NCBI GenBank assembly: GCA_038064355.1
Contig: JBBTTG010000037.1
Location: forward strand, 1-38,379
Direction: 5' to 3'
DNA: 38,379 nt
From: Patescibacteria group bacterium
GTDB taxonomy: Bacteria > Patescibacteriota > Patescibacteriia > GWA2-47-26
Positions within the stretch are counted from its first letter, which is position 1, and every line of letters begins with the position of its first letter. Below the pieces are notes generated by a model. That model was not told where the DNA came from. It saw nothing but the letters and a program-made list of their open reading frames with translations, and did not search any database. The position numbers were made by a program, and so were the translations under genes. Below are positions 7,617-17,354 of the stretch, piece by piece.

Positions 7617-8981
7617 ATGGCGGACCAAATGGAGAAGCTTATTCCCCACAATATTGAGGCCGAACAATCCCTGCTCGGCTCCATTCTTATCGATAAAGAT
7701 TCCCTCATCAAAGTCGGCGACATGCTGACGCCGGAGGATTTTTATCGAGAGCAGCACGCGCGCATCTTTGAGTCGATACTCGACCTTTTTAGCGATCGCG
7801 AGCCGATCGATATCCTTTCACTTGGCAACCGACTCGATGGGAAAAAACAACTTGAGGCGATTGGAGGACGCGCCTATCTCATCAGTCTCGCGAACACGGT
7901 CCCAACGGCGGCGCACGTCGTGAATTACGCAAGTATCGTCCAAAAAAAGGCCACACTACGCCGGCTGATTCATGCCGCCGCGGAAATCACCGAGCTCGGT
8001 TTTCACCAAGATGAAGAGGTCGCCGACGTTCTCGATCGATCCGAGCAGAAGCTCTTCTCCGTCTCACAAAAATTCCTGAAACAAGCGTTTGTCGCCATCC
8101 GTGACGTCCTCACCGAAGCGTTTGACCGTATCGATGAACTCCACAAAGAAAAAGGTAAACTGCGCGGGATCCCCTCGGGATTCACGGAACTCGACAGCAT
8201 CCTTGGTGGCCTCCAGAATTCCGACCTCATCATCATCGCCGCCCGCCCCTCGGTTGGAAAAACCAGTCTTGCGCTCGATATCGCGCGCAATGCCGCGATA
8301 CGCTCCAAAAAACCGGTAGGGGTGTTTAGCTTGGAAATGTCAAAAGAACAACTCGTAGACCGTATGATCTGTGCCGAAGCGGGAGTCGATCTCTGGAAGA
8401 TGCGCACAGGACGTCTCTCGGACAAACCGGAGGATGATGACTTCCCTCGTATCGGTCACGCGCTCGGTGTGCTCTCGGACGCCCCGATTTTTATCGACGA
8501 TTCCGCGAGCGCCAACATCATGGAAATCCGCACCAAAGCGCGCCGCCTGCAGATGGAACACGGCCTTGGCATGATCGTCATTGATTATCTCCAACTCATG
8601 GAATCGCGCAACAGGACTGATAACCGCGCACAGGAAGTGGCGGAGATCACTCGCTCGCTCAAAGGAATCGCCCGTGAACTCAATATACCTGTTTTGGCAC
8701 TCTCTCAGCTCTCTCGCGCGGTGGAGGCTCGCTCCCCCGCCATTCCGAAACTCGCCGACCTGCGCGAATCCGGCTCAATTGAACAGGACGCCGACGTCGT
8801 GCTCTTCATCTATCGCAAGGCCATGGACAAGGGGGGCGGCAACCCAACTCCCGAGGAAAGGAACATCGCGGAAATCCATATCGCCAAACACCGCAATGGC
8901 CCGACTGGCCAGATTCAACTCTACTTCGACGAAACCCGCGCCTGCTTCCGGAATTTGGAACAGAAGAGAGTACCTTTTTGA
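7617..8981 (+). CDS. dnaB: Replicative DNA helicase
   Basis: PHNIEAEQSLLGS, AARPSVGKTS, FSLEMS, IDYLQL, LSQLSR, DLRESGSIEQDAD, KHRNGPTG; no intein. Confidence 0.98.
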   Translation: MADQMEKLIPHNIEAEQSLLGSILIDKDSLIKVGDMLTPEDFYREQHARIFESILDLFSDREPIDILSLGNRLDGKKQLEAIGGRAYLISLANTVPTAAHVVNYASIVQKKATLRRLIHAAAEITELGFHQDEEVADVLDRSEQKLFSVSQKFLKQAFVAIRDVLTEAFDRIDELHKEKGKLRGIPSGFTELDSILGGLQNSDLIIIAARPSVGKTSLALDIARNAAIRSKKPVGVFSLEMSKEQLVDRMICAEAGVDLWKMRTGRLSDKPEDDDFPRIGHALGVLSDAPIFIDDSASANIMEIRTKARRLQMEHGLGMIVIDYLQLMESRNRTDNRAQEVAEITRSLKGIARELNIPVLALSQLSRAVEARSPAIPKLADLRESGSIEQDADVVLFIYRKAMDKGGGNPTPEERNIAEIHIAKHRNGPTGQIQLYFDETRACFRNLEQKRVPF

Positions 8982-9075
8982 AAATGACAAATATCAAATG
9001 ACGAATTTCAAATGAATGACTAAACATTAAATTTTCCTAATTTCATTCGTCATTCGACATTGGAAATTCGACATT
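8982..9075. repeat. Degenerate heptamer repeats in inverted arrangement
   Basis: aaatgac aaatatc aaatgac gaatttc aaatgaa followed by complementary-type cattcgt cattcga cattgga aattcga cattc; a related tract (aaatgacgaattccaaatgaatg) lies at about 9691-9735. Confidence 0.65.
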
Positions 9076-9083
9076 CTCCCCAC

Positions 9084-9686
9084 ATGAGATTCCCCCCTCC
9101 GCTTCAACGCATCATTGATCACTTCCGAACCTTGCCCGGCGTCGGTCCAAAAACAGCCGCGCGTTTTGCGTTGCACCTTCTGCGCGCGTCCGAAGACGAA
9201 CTGCGAGCGTTCGGCCATGCCCTCATCGATCTGCACGCGAGCACGACCCTCTGTGGCATGTGCCAAACCATCGCCATCAAAAACCCCTGCGAAATTTGCA
9301 GTGATAAACAGCGCGATACCAGTATTCTCTGTATCGTCGCCAAACCTCAAGATCTCATGGTGATCGAAAATACCGGCGAATACAACGGCCTCTACCACGT
9401 CCTCCATGGCACGCTGAATCCTATTGAAGGAATCACCCCTGATCAGCTGAAAATCAGAGAACTTTTCGCGCGCGTTTCCCATGAACCGGGAAAAATCCAC
9501 GAAGTGCTCTTGGCGCTCAATCCCGATATGGAAGGTGAATCAACGAGCATATATCTCGCTAAGCTTCTCGCCAAAGCTGTACCAAAAATCACCCGTCTCG
9601 CGCGCGGTCTTCCCATGGGCGGCGACGTGGAATACGCCGACGACATCACCCTCATCTCGGCCATTAGGGGAAGAAAGGAAATGTAA
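9084..9686 (+). CDS. recR: Recombination mediator RecR
   Basis: LPGVGPKTAAR (HhH), CxxC-x8-CxxC, YHVLHGTLNP, EGESTS, ITRLARGLPMGGDVEYAD. Confidence 0.97.
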   Translation: MRFPPPLQRIIDHFRTLPGVGPKTAARFALHLLRASEDELRAFGHALIDLHASTTLCGMCQTIAIKNPCEICSDKQRDTSILCIVAKPQDLMVIENTGEYNGLYHVLHGTLNPIEGITPDQLKIRELFARVSHEPGKIHEVLLALNPDMEGESTSIYLAKLLAKAVPKITRLARGLPMGGDVEYADDITLISAIRGRKEM

Positions 9687-9740
9687 GAGGAAATGACGAA
9701 TTCCAAATGAATGGATAAGTAAATTCTAAAATTCATTTAA

Positions 9741-9781
9741 CAAAAAAACGACCCCGATGGATATCGAGACCGTTTTTTTTG
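9741..9781. terminator. Bidirectional terminator between convergent recR and rplU
   Basis: caaaaaaacg...cgat ggat atcg...cgtttttttg imperfect stem with A and T tracts on either side. Confidence 0.55.
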
Positions 9782-9789
9782 TTTGATGC

Positions 9790-10104
9790 TTATGAAAGCG
9801 CCAGAACTTTTACCTTCGTATATTCCTGTCTGTGGCCCACGCGGCGGCGATAGCGCACCTTGGGCTTATATTTTACGACGGAAACTTTTTCCCCGCGACC
9901 CTGCTCCACGATCTCGGCTTGCACCTTGGCTCCGGCAACCGTCGGGGTGCCCATTTTTACGTCGTTGCCCTCTTCATCGGAAAGAAGAAGGACCTGATCG
10001 AAATCTACACTCACACCCGCGGCTCCGGAAATTTTCTCAATAATGAGAACATCCCCTACCTTGGCTCGGTATTGTTTCCCGCCAGTGGCAATAACTGCGA
10101 ACAT
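9790..10104 (-). CDS. rplU: 50S ribosomal protein L21
   Basis: MFAVIATGGKQY, GTPTVAGAKV, KYKPKVRYRRRVGHRQEYT. Confidence 0.98.
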   Translation of the reverse strand: MFAVIATGGKQYRAKVGDVLIIEKISGAAGVSVDFDQVLLLSDEEGNDVKMGTPTVAGAKVQAEIVEQGRGEKVSVVKYKPKVRYRRRVGHRQEYTKVKVLALS

Positions 10105-10134
10105 AGGCAAATTTGATGAATAAATAGTGGTCGT

Positions 10135-10163
10135 ATTAAACCACACCCCCGGAATTTTGTCAA
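10135..10163 (-). promoter_or_regulatory. Sigma70 promoter of rplU
   Basis: TTGACA-17 bp-TTTAAT with a TG extended -10. Confidence 0.7.
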
Positions 10164-10259
10164 ACGGCAGGTCAACGGGCTAATGGTGTCATCTCGACGG
10201 GAAAAACACCATGCGACGCGGCGACGCGCAGAGGGAACCGCACGCGGCTGTCGCATTCT

Positions 10260-11273
10260 TTATTCACCGCACACCGTTTCTATAAGCTTGGCGCAAACCG
10301 TGTAGGGATCCATGTTCGCGGCCGGACGACGATCCTCAAGATAACCATAGCCGTCCTTTGCGGTTTGCACTGGAATGCGAATGGATGCCCCGCGATCCGA
10401 AACCCCATAACGGAAATCATTGATACTACAGGTCTCGTGAAGTCCGGTCAGGCGCAATTCATTGTCCGCGCCATAGACTTTCATGTGCTCAAAATGTTTG
10501 GCGCCAAGTTTCTTGCATGCTTCCACAATCACATTGATGCCACCGGATTCGCGCATAGCTTTTGTGCTGAAGTTGGTGTGCGCGCCCGCGCCGTTCCAAT
10601 CCCCTATTATGGGTTTTGGATCCAGCTTGGCGTAAACGCCAAAATTCTCGCCCACCCGATACAGGAGCCATCGCGAGAGCCACAATGCATCCGAAACCTC
10701 AAGCGGTCCGAGCGGACCCACTTGGAATTCCCATTGACCCGGCATCACTTCCGCGTTGATTCCGGCGATTTTAATCCCTGCCGAAAGACAAGCGTCAAGA
10801 TGCGCTTCGATGACAGACCTTCCAAATACTTCGTCCGTACCTACACCGCAATAGTATTTCCCTTGTGGAAAAGGAAACCCTCCATCGGGGAATCCGAGTG
10901 GCCGAAAATTCTTATACAGTGTGTATTCTTGTTCAATGCCAAACCATGGGTCTTGCACCGAGTATTTTTCCGCAAGTTCGCGCAGATGAAAACGCGTATT
11001 CGAAGAGTGCGGCGTACCATCCGGATTCAAAACTTCACAAAGCGCGAGCATGTGCGGCTCGCCGCGCACAGGATCCGGTATCACACGCACCGCTTGGAGC
11101 AGACAATCACTCAAACGCCCTTCCGCTTGGCGTGTGCTGGAACCGTCAAATGACCACTGTGGGACATGCTCCGCAGATTGAATTGGATGATCCACGATCT
11201 TTGTTTTTGAACGAAGGAACGCGGTTGGCTGATAGCCGTCAATCCAGATATATTCAACTTTGATGTATGGCAT
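10260..11273 (-). CDS. glnII: Glutamine synthetase type II (GSII)
   Basis: EYIWIDG, LRSKT, WSFDGSST, PWFGIEQEYTL, GINAEVMPGQWEFQ, DWNGAGAHTNFST, LTGLHET, RGASIRIP, GYLEDRRPAANMDPY; 337 aa. Confidence 0.95.
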   Translation of the reverse strand: MPYIKVEYIWIDGYQPTAFLRSKTKIVDHPIQSAEHVPQWSFDGSSTRQAEGRLSDCLLQAVRVIPDPVRGEPHMLALCEVLNPDGTPHSSNTRFHLRELAEKYSVQDPWFGIEQEYTLYKNFRPLGFPDGGFPFPQGKYYCGVGTDEVFGRSVIEAHLDACLSAGIKIAGINAEVMPGQWEFQVGPLGPLEVSDALWLSRWLLYRVGENFGVYAKLDPKPIIGDWNGAGAHTNFSTKAMRESGGINVIVEACKKLGAKHFEHMKVYGADNELRLTGLHETCSINDFRYGVSDRGASIRIPVQTAKDGYGYLEDRRPAANMDPYTVCAKLIETVCGE

Positions 11274-11439
11274 AAAAAATTCGATGAATAAACTCTTCTT
11301 CTTTAAACAGTCTAGCTAATTTAAGATCAAACAGCAAGGGCATGGCCTGTTGACATAGACACGAATCATTGACACGAATCAAAACACGTAGACAGCCCTC
11401 TCTTTGGTTGGACAGATCCAACGAGCTCAACCCTACTTG

Positions 11440-11922
11440 CTACGATTGAATCCGTATCTCGTCCCCGATTGTGATACCCTGCAGATCGGTAAATCCTGCA
11501 TTCACCTCAAGCACATGGGTGACTGGAACGGAAGGAAACGCCGAGGCGGGAATCTCGCCCGAGAGCGGCGACGGGAGATTGCGCGTGATATCCACCACCT
11601 TGCCGCCGTTGATCCAAATGATATCAATCGGAAAACGCATCTCCTTCATCCAAAACGGATAACGATCCGGCGTCCCAAAGACAAAAAGCATTCCCTCATT
11701 CTCCCCGAGTTTTTCCCGCCCAGAGAGTCCGCGCTCGTGCTGGCCGATCGTTTCCGCCACTTCCGCTCGCACGGTCGCGTTTCCGACGCTCACATCCACG
11801 CGATCCATCCGCCCGTTGCTCCAGCGCAGATACAAAAACAGCGCCGCCATGACGATCAAAGTGACGACAAGAATGCGCTCTTTTAAGACAAGCGTATCTC
11901 TTTTTTTCGGTGGAGTATCCAT
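11440..11922 (-). CDS. DUF192 domain protein with N-terminal membrane anchor
   Basis: AEVAET...RGLSGR...GMLFVF...FWMKEMRFPIDIIWI...VLEVNAG. Start set at MDTPPKK (overlaps the upstream gene by 40 bp). Confidence 0.88.
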   Translation of the reverse strand: MDTPPKKRDTLVLKERILVVTLIVMAALFLYLRWSNGRMDRVDVSVGNATVRAEVAETIGQHERGLSGREKLGENEGMLFVFGTPDRYPFWMKEMRFPIDIIWINGGKVVDITRNLPSPLSGEIPASAFPSVPVTHVLEVNAGFTDLQGITIGDEIRIQS

Positions 11923-12968
11923 ATTGCAACAATAAAGAGAAAAACAAATAAGATGCCCAGAGCGATGAGTTTCTCTCGACTCTGCAGGAAAAGCGCCGTC
12001 ACGCCGAAAACGGCGGAGATAAGATAGAGCACAAGCGCCGTACCGCGCTGCCCCAACCCAGCATCGAGCAGGCGATGATGCAGGTGTTTGCGATCTCCTA
12101 TCGTCGGCCATCGGCGCTCCGCCAGAGCACGCCGAAAGATGACCCAAACCATATCAAACAGCGGCGCTCCCATCACAAGGAGTGCTGTGGCGATTTTTCC
12201 GCCCGAGACGATAGCGAGGGAACCAAGCAAAAATCCGGCCAGGGTACTTCCCCCGGTCCCGAGGAAAATTTTCGCCGGATGCCAGTTCCAGATGAGAAAT
12301 CCGACAAACGCTCCGGCGGCGATCGCCGAAAGTATTCCCACCTCCGGTTGATAATACTTGGTGGTCGTCGCGAGAAACATAATGACCAGCACCCCGATAG
12401 CCGTCACCCCGGAGACCAGGCCATCCACCCCATCGAGAAATTTCGTAGCATATATCATCCCGAGAATCCACGCGAAGGTCAAAATATCCGCAGGGAAAGA
12501 CAAGCGGTAGCCGACATCCTGATACCAAAACAGCGTCTTTTCCCACCATACCAAATCAAAAACGCCGCCGAAAGGATTGGTAATTTCTCGGATGCCGATA
12601 CCGCTCCCGATCACCGCGACAGCCGCGAGAATGCTAAAAAAAAATTGCCATCCCGGCTTGAGATTATACCGATCATCGAGTGCCCCGCCGATCATCAATA
12701 GAAGACCGCCGAATCCCAATCCGAACAGTTGTTTTCCCCCAAGCGTTCCTCCCAGAAAATCCGGGGAAAAAACCGTCGCAAAAAAAAGAACGCCGCAAAA
12801 TGACGCCCAGACGGCAATCCCGCCCAACAGCGGCGTTGGACGCTTGTGAATTTTGCGCGGATCGCCCGGCATATCCATGGCGCCCCACGCGCGGGCAAGC
12901 CGGATGACAAGCGGCGTCAATGCCGCAGTCAACGCACCTGCCAAAAGAAAACACCCGAGGTAGAACAT
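11883..12968 (-). CDS. Undecaprenyl-phosphate alpha-GlcNAc-1-phosphate transferase (WecA/TagO, MraY-like GT4 family)
   Basis: RKIHKRPTPLLGG, GALDDRY, FLDGVDGL, WNWHPAKIFLG, DRKHLHHRLL. Confidence 0.92.
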   Translation of the reverse strand: MFYLGCFLLAGALTAALTPLVIRLARAWGAMDMPGDPRKIHKRPTPLLGGIAVWASFCGVLFFATVFSPDFLGGTLGGKQLFGLGFGGLLLMIGGALDDRYNLKPGWQFFFSILAAVAVIGSGIGIREITNPFGGVFDLVWWEKTLFWYQDVGYRLSFPADILTFAWILGMIYATKFLDGVDGLVSGVTAIGVLVIMFLATTTKYYQPEVGILSAIAAGAFVGFLIWNWHPAKIFLGTGGSTLAGFLLGSLAIVSGGKIATALLVMGAPLFDMVWVIFRRALAERRWPTIGDRKHLHHRLLDAGLGQRGTALVLYLISAVFGVTALFLQSREKLIALGILFVFLFIVAIWILHRKKEIRLS

Positions 12969-12972
12969 ACCG

Positions 12973-15693
12973 CTACATTTTTTTCGCTTTTTCAACCCGC
13001 ATGGCGCCACCCGCCTCGAGGACAACCCTATCGCGACGCCCGAGTTTATTGGTGAGTAAAAACTGCGCCAGCATATCTTGAACGCGCTCTTGAATCACCC
13101 GACGCAACGGACGCGCGCCAAAAGCGGGATCAAATCCCGCGGCGGCAAGTTCGGCGATGGCTTCCTCCGTCGCGCGCAGAAAAATACCTTTCGCCTCAAG
13201 CTGTTTGGCAATTTTTCCAATCATGATCGCGGCCACGCAGACAATATCCGTTTGGCTCAATGGCCGATACACGACGATGCCGTCGAAGCGATTCAAAAAC
13301 TCCGGCCGGAAAATTCCGCGCAGCTCCCGCTCCATGAGATCGCGCTTAATCTGTTCGAGCGGCGCCTGCTGTTGTATCCGTTCTTGAATATAGGCTGTAC
13401 CGGCATTGGAAGTCGCGACGATAATCGCGTTGGTAAAATCAATCACCCTCCCGGCGCCATCGGTAATCCGCCCGTCATCAAAAACCTGCAAAAAAAGATT
13501 CAGGATATCTGGATGCGCTTTCTCGATCTCATCAAGCAATAAAAGCGAAAACGGCAATTTTCGAATCGGCTCCGTGAGCAATCCTCCCTTACCCGATTCA
13601 CCGATCATGCGCGCGACCGATGTCTTTTCCTGATATTCCGACATATCCAGCCGCACCATGTGCTCTTCTGAACCGAAATAGGCTTCGGCTACCGCTTTGG
13701 CCGTCTCGGTTTTTCCAACTCCCGTCGGCCCCAGAAAAAGAAAACTGGCAATCGGACGCTTCATGTCCCGCAGTTCCGCCCGTGAACGCCGCAGAGCCGA
13801 AGAAACAAGCTTCAGAGCCTCCTCCTGGCCGACCACGCGTTTTTTCAAAACATCCTCAAGGTGCAGGAGCTTTTCAGCCTCGCTCGCCGTTACGGCCGAA
13901 ACGGGCACATGCGTTTTCTCGGTTACCACAACGGCAACATCCTCGCCGCTGACCACCTGCCGCACGCCGCGCTTCTCATAGACATATCGGGCGGTTTCTT
14001 TTATGAGATCAATCGCCTTCTCGGGCAGAGCCGTATCGTGCATGAGTTTTCGGGAAAGCTCCACCGCGCGCACCAGGGCGTCATAGGAAGCGTAGGTCTT
14101 GGATCGGTATTCTATGGATGGCATTTTTGACTCGAGCATATGGATCACCTCGTCATCCTCCGGTTCCTCCACCGCCATGCGCTCCAAGACGTTCCCGAGC
14201 GAGGTACCCTCCATATGTTCGCGATACTCCGCCGGCGTGCAGGTGCCAATGAGCAAAAAATACCGCTTCCCAAGTTCAGAGGCAAGCATATCGGCAAGAT
14301 CCACCGCGCCCGCCTCGCCAGCGGTCAACCCCGCAAGCTGGTGAATATCGGGAATCGCCAAAATGACATTCCCAGCCATAGCCGCGTCGCGCAGACAGGC
14401 GAATAATCGCTCTGCCGCTTCGGAAGGCGAAACGCCGGAGATAAGCTTGGGCACCGAAAGACTCACGAGCCGCTTGTCGCGCAAAAACGGCGGCACGTTT
14501 TCTTCTACCATTCGCCAAGCGAGTCCGCCCAGGAGCGCTTCCTTGCCAACGCCGCGCTCGCCCACCAGCACGATGCTCTTGCGCTCACCCTCGACGATCC
14601 GAAGAATTCCCTCGAATTCCTTCTCTCGCCCCACGCACATTTCTATGTCGCCGCGACCGGCCATTTTCGTCAGATCATCGCTAAAACGATCCAGAACGCG
14701 CGTCTCCATAGCGGTCATGGCGCGATTCATATCTCCCTTGGGGCGACTGCCAGCCGCGCTCGAAAACATCCGATATCGCCGCCGCGCCTCATCGCGAATA
14801 TCCAGCCAGCGTGCCACATTGCGGAGCTTGGCCATATCCACCCCTTTATCAAAAAGCAACTCCTGTAACGCCGCATCCGCCTCGATGCAAACAAGTGTCA
14901 GCGATACTGTATCCACCATTTTTTTGCCAACAAGAGCTGCGCGCGCATAGCCATCAATCAGGAGTGTCCGTGTCGCCTCCGGAAAAATCGCAAACCCGTT
15001 TCCGGCGCCTTTTGCGATGGTTATTTTTTCAACCTGATCTTTCATCTCTTTCATGGGCAACCCCAGCCGCGCGCACATCTCAAAAATATCCCCTGCGGAA
15101 AGCGCCGCGGAAAAAATATGCACCGGGCGTACCTCACCCAGGCCGGAACGGAGCGCCAGACGATACGCTTCTTTCACTACCCGCATGGCGTCGGCAGAAT
15201 AGACCAATGAAACATCCAGCTTTTGTTTCGGAGATATCTTTTTGACGTCATTCCAATCAGCGATCTCTCTCTCTGACTTTCCATGCAAGGAAACCCGCGG
15301 AATCATCTGCCTGGACAAAGACTCGCGCACCAGACGGGAGACGAGAAAACAATCAAAAAATGCTGAAATCCAAAAAACCAATTTTGCGGAATTCGGTGTC
15401 GCCCAAAACATCCTCGAAAAAATTTCAGCCGGCTCAAGCCGCGCGTTCCACAAAAGCCAACCGATGCCGAATATCCCAAAAAGAAACAGCGTGGCATTGA
15501 GCACTCGATTAAGGATCGCGCCGATACTGTCCGCTCGAATGGCGCCCTCATCTATCCATTTGCCCCAAAAAAGAAATCGCCCGCCGGTCATGGCGCCGGC
15601 GCCCACGCCAAAACACTCCGGACAAAAGCCGCCCTGCACCGCGCCGCTGCCGCCGCACACTCGGCAGGTGATCATCGCCTGCGTCATAGCCAT
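12973..15693 (-). CDS. Membrane-anchored Clp/Hsp100-family double AAA+ ATPase
   Basis: N-terminal CxxC...CxxC, two hydrophobic helices, Clp N-repeat-like region, DLT...VGRE, D1 GERGVGKE, LPEKAIDL, RVVGQEEA, D2 FLGPTGVGKTE / LLLDEIEKAH, FRPEFLNR, FGARPLRR. Confidence 0.93.
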   Translation of the reverse strand: MAMTQAMITCRVCGGSGAVQGGFCPECFGVGAGAMTGGRFLFWGKWIDEGAIRADSIGAILNRVLNATLFLFGIFGIGWLLWNARLEPAEIFSRMFWATPNSAKLVFWISAFFDCFLVSRLVRESLSRQMIPRVSLHGKSEREIADWNDVKKISPKQKLDVSLVYSADAMRVVKEAYRLALRSGLGEVRPVHIFSAALSAGDIFEMCARLGLPMKEMKDQVEKITIAKGAGNGFAIFPEATRTLLIDGYARAALVGKKMVDTVSLTLVCIEADAALQELLFDKGVDMAKLRNVARWLDIRDEARRRYRMFSSAAGSRPKGDMNRAMTAMETRVLDRFSDDLTKMAGRGDIEMCVGREKEFEGILRIVEGERKSIVLVGERGVGKEALLGGLAWRMVEENVPPFLRDKRLVSLSVPKLISGVSPSEAAERLFACLRDAAMAGNVILAIPDIHQLAGLTAGEAGAVDLADMLASELGKRYFLLIGTCTPAEYREHMEGTSLGNVLERMAVEEPEDDEVIHMLESKMPSIEYRSKTYASYDALVRAVELSRKLMHDTALPEKAIDLIKETARYVYEKRGVRQVVSGEDVAVVVTEKTHVPVSAVTASEAEKLLHLEDVLKKRVVGQEEALKLVSSALRRSRAELRDMKRPIASFLFLGPTGVGKTETAKAVAEAYFGSEEHMVRLDMSEYQEKTSVARMIGESGKGGLLTEPIRKLPFSLLLLDEIEKAHPDILNLFLQVFDDGRITDGAGRVIDFTNAIIVATSNAGTAYIQERIQQQAPLEQIKRDLMERELRGIFRPEFLNRFDGIVVYRPLSQTDIVCVAAIMIGKIAKQLEAKGIFLRATEEAIAELAAAGFDPAFGARPLRRVIQERVQDMLAQFLLTNKLGRRDRVVLEAGGAMRVEKAKKM

Positions 15694-16037
15694 CCGAGAT
15701 TGAAAATAATTTGATAGACGATAACTCCGGGAAGGGCAAGCCACACCCCGATACCGGCCGCCGCAATCACCGCCCAGACAGCGAGCGCTCCCGTCCGCCC
15801 GACAATTTGGGCGAGGCGCATAAAAAAACTGATGATGCGCCCGGCAATATCATACTGCCCGTACATGGGTACAAAAATATTCTTAACCCAAAGATCGAGA
15901 GCCAATTCTTTTTGCCAGAGAAAAACGCTCGCCAGGGCGGCGTGGAGAACAGAAAAAAAGCCCTTGCTGTACCACCAGAAAGGAAAAATTAAAAAATCTC
16001 CCACGGTTGACCTTACAATCGCTTGGAGCATAGGCAT
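15684..16037 (-). CDS. Small membrane protein, overlapping the Clp ATPase start
   Basis: FPFWWYSKG...KNIFVPMYGQYD..GRIISFFMR motif and a hydrophobic C-terminus; overlaps the ATPase gene by 10 bp. Confidence 0.8.
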   Translation of the reverse strand: MPMLQAIVRSTVGDFLIFPFWWYSKGFFSVLHAALASVFLWQKELALDLWVKNIFVPMYGQYDIAGRIISFFMRLAQIVGRTGALAVWAVIAAAGIGVWLALPGVIVYQIIFNLGWL

Positions 16038-16082
16038 GCTTTCTCCAGTATATCACCGATGCGCCTGAAAAAGAATGCGGGG

Positions 16083-17270
16083 CTAAAACGAACCGCTCCA
16101 GATACCGGCGCGGAGCTCGCGCATGAGATCGAGGTAGAATTGGAGATTGTGTAGCGTCGCCAGCCGCTGTCCGAGCGGTTCGCTAATCTTGAATAAATGG
16201 CGAAGATAGGCACGGCTGTAATGCCGACAGGCAAGGCACGGGCATTCCGCGTCCACCGGCCGCATGTCAAGGCGATATTTTTCACCGGTAATATGCATCG
16301 CCGTGTAAAAACTCTTCCTCTGCCAAGCGCGCACTCCGGGCCGACGCACAAAAAGGTATCCGTGCCGAGCGTTCCGCGTCGGGAGGACACAATCAAACAT
16401 ATCCACGCCGTGCGCCACGGAAGCCACGATCTCCTCGGGCATTCCAAAACCCATGAGATAACGCGGCTTATCTTCCGGCAAGAGCGGCGTTGTCCATTGG
16501 ATCACCTTTTTCTTCTCGTTCCAGGATTCCCCCACCGACACGCCACCAATAGCATACCCATCAAAATCCAACCTGGTCAGCTCCTTGGCTGACTGTATGC
16601 GTAGATCTTTATACACCGACCCCTGCACGATGCCGAAAAGCATGGGCTGGCGCATGTTCCTCCGACTCTCGCCTTTGTATTTTTTGCCGCCTTCGAGCGG
16701 CACCCCGCCATCGGCGGTGGCATTTTGCACTTTACACCTCTTTGCCCATTCCGTGGTCATGCGCACCGCGTCTTTTGCCCCCTCGTGTGAGATGGGATAC
16801 GGCGGACACACGTCGAGCGCCATCATGATATCGCTCCCGAGCACCTTCTGAATTTCAATGATCTTTTCCGGAGTAAAAAAATGTTTCGCGCCGCTTACCG
16901 TGTCGCGAAATTCGACCCCCTCATCCTTCAAGCGCACTAATCCTTCAGTCTCCACCCCCGCGCGTTTCCGCGCTCCCAAACTGAAAATCTGAAACCCTCC
17001 GCTGTCGGTAAGAATCGGCCCCTGCCATCCCATAAACGTATGCAGGCCTTTTGCTTTTTTGATTACCTCAAGCCCCGGGCGCATGAAGAGGTGAAACGTA
17101 TTGTTCAACACCACCGTTGGCTTCAAGGACATCACGTCTTCAATATCCAGCGTCTTCACCGCGCCGCGCGTGGCAATCGGCATGAAGAAAGGGGTCTCCA
17201 CTATGCCGTGGGGAGTCGAGAAACGCGCAATACGAGCCTTTGATTTTTTGGATTGGCGAAGAATCTTCAT
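16083..17270 (-). CDS. tgt: Queuine/preQ1 tRNA-guanine transglycosylase
   Basis: TPFFMP, LTDSGGFQ, LFGIVQG, AIGG, KPRYLMG, DMFDCVLPTRNARHG, CxCxxC zinc site, HNL. Confidence 0.97.
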   Translation of the reverse strand: MKILRQSKKSKARIARFSTPHGIVETPFFMPIATRGAVKTLDIEDVMSLKPTVVLNNTFHLFMRPGLEVIKKAKGLHTFMGWQGPILTDSGGFQIFSLGARKRAGVETEGLVRLKDEGVEFRDTVSGAKHFFTPEKIIEIQKVLGSDIMMALDVCPPYPISHEGAKDAVRMTTEWAKRCKVQNATADGGVPLEGGKKYKGESRRNMRQPMLFGIVQGSVYKDLRIQSAKELTRLDFDGYAIGGVSVGESWNEKKKVIQWTTPLLPEDKPRYLMGFGMPEEIVASVAHGVDMFDCVLPTRNARHGYLFVRRPGVRAWQRKSFYTAMHITGEKYRLDMRPVDAECPCLACRHYSRAYLRHLFKISEPLGQRLATLHNLQFYLDLMRELRAGIWSGSF

Positions 17271-17354
17271 ACTGTATACAAATCAACAAATACATTCACC
17301 GAATACTACCAATAACACTCACGGATTCCGGATTAGGTTGTTTAAAAATAAATG

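Noticed and set aside
7617-8981. Intein or intron in dnaB (also checked thyA)
   Set aside because: Both genes are normal length with contiguous conserved motifs.
11358-11390. Short direct repeat gacacgaatca x2 upstream of the GSII gene (also gtcgcatcg x2 at ~35640-35672)
   Set aside because: Too short and too few copies to support a regulatory or mobile-element call.
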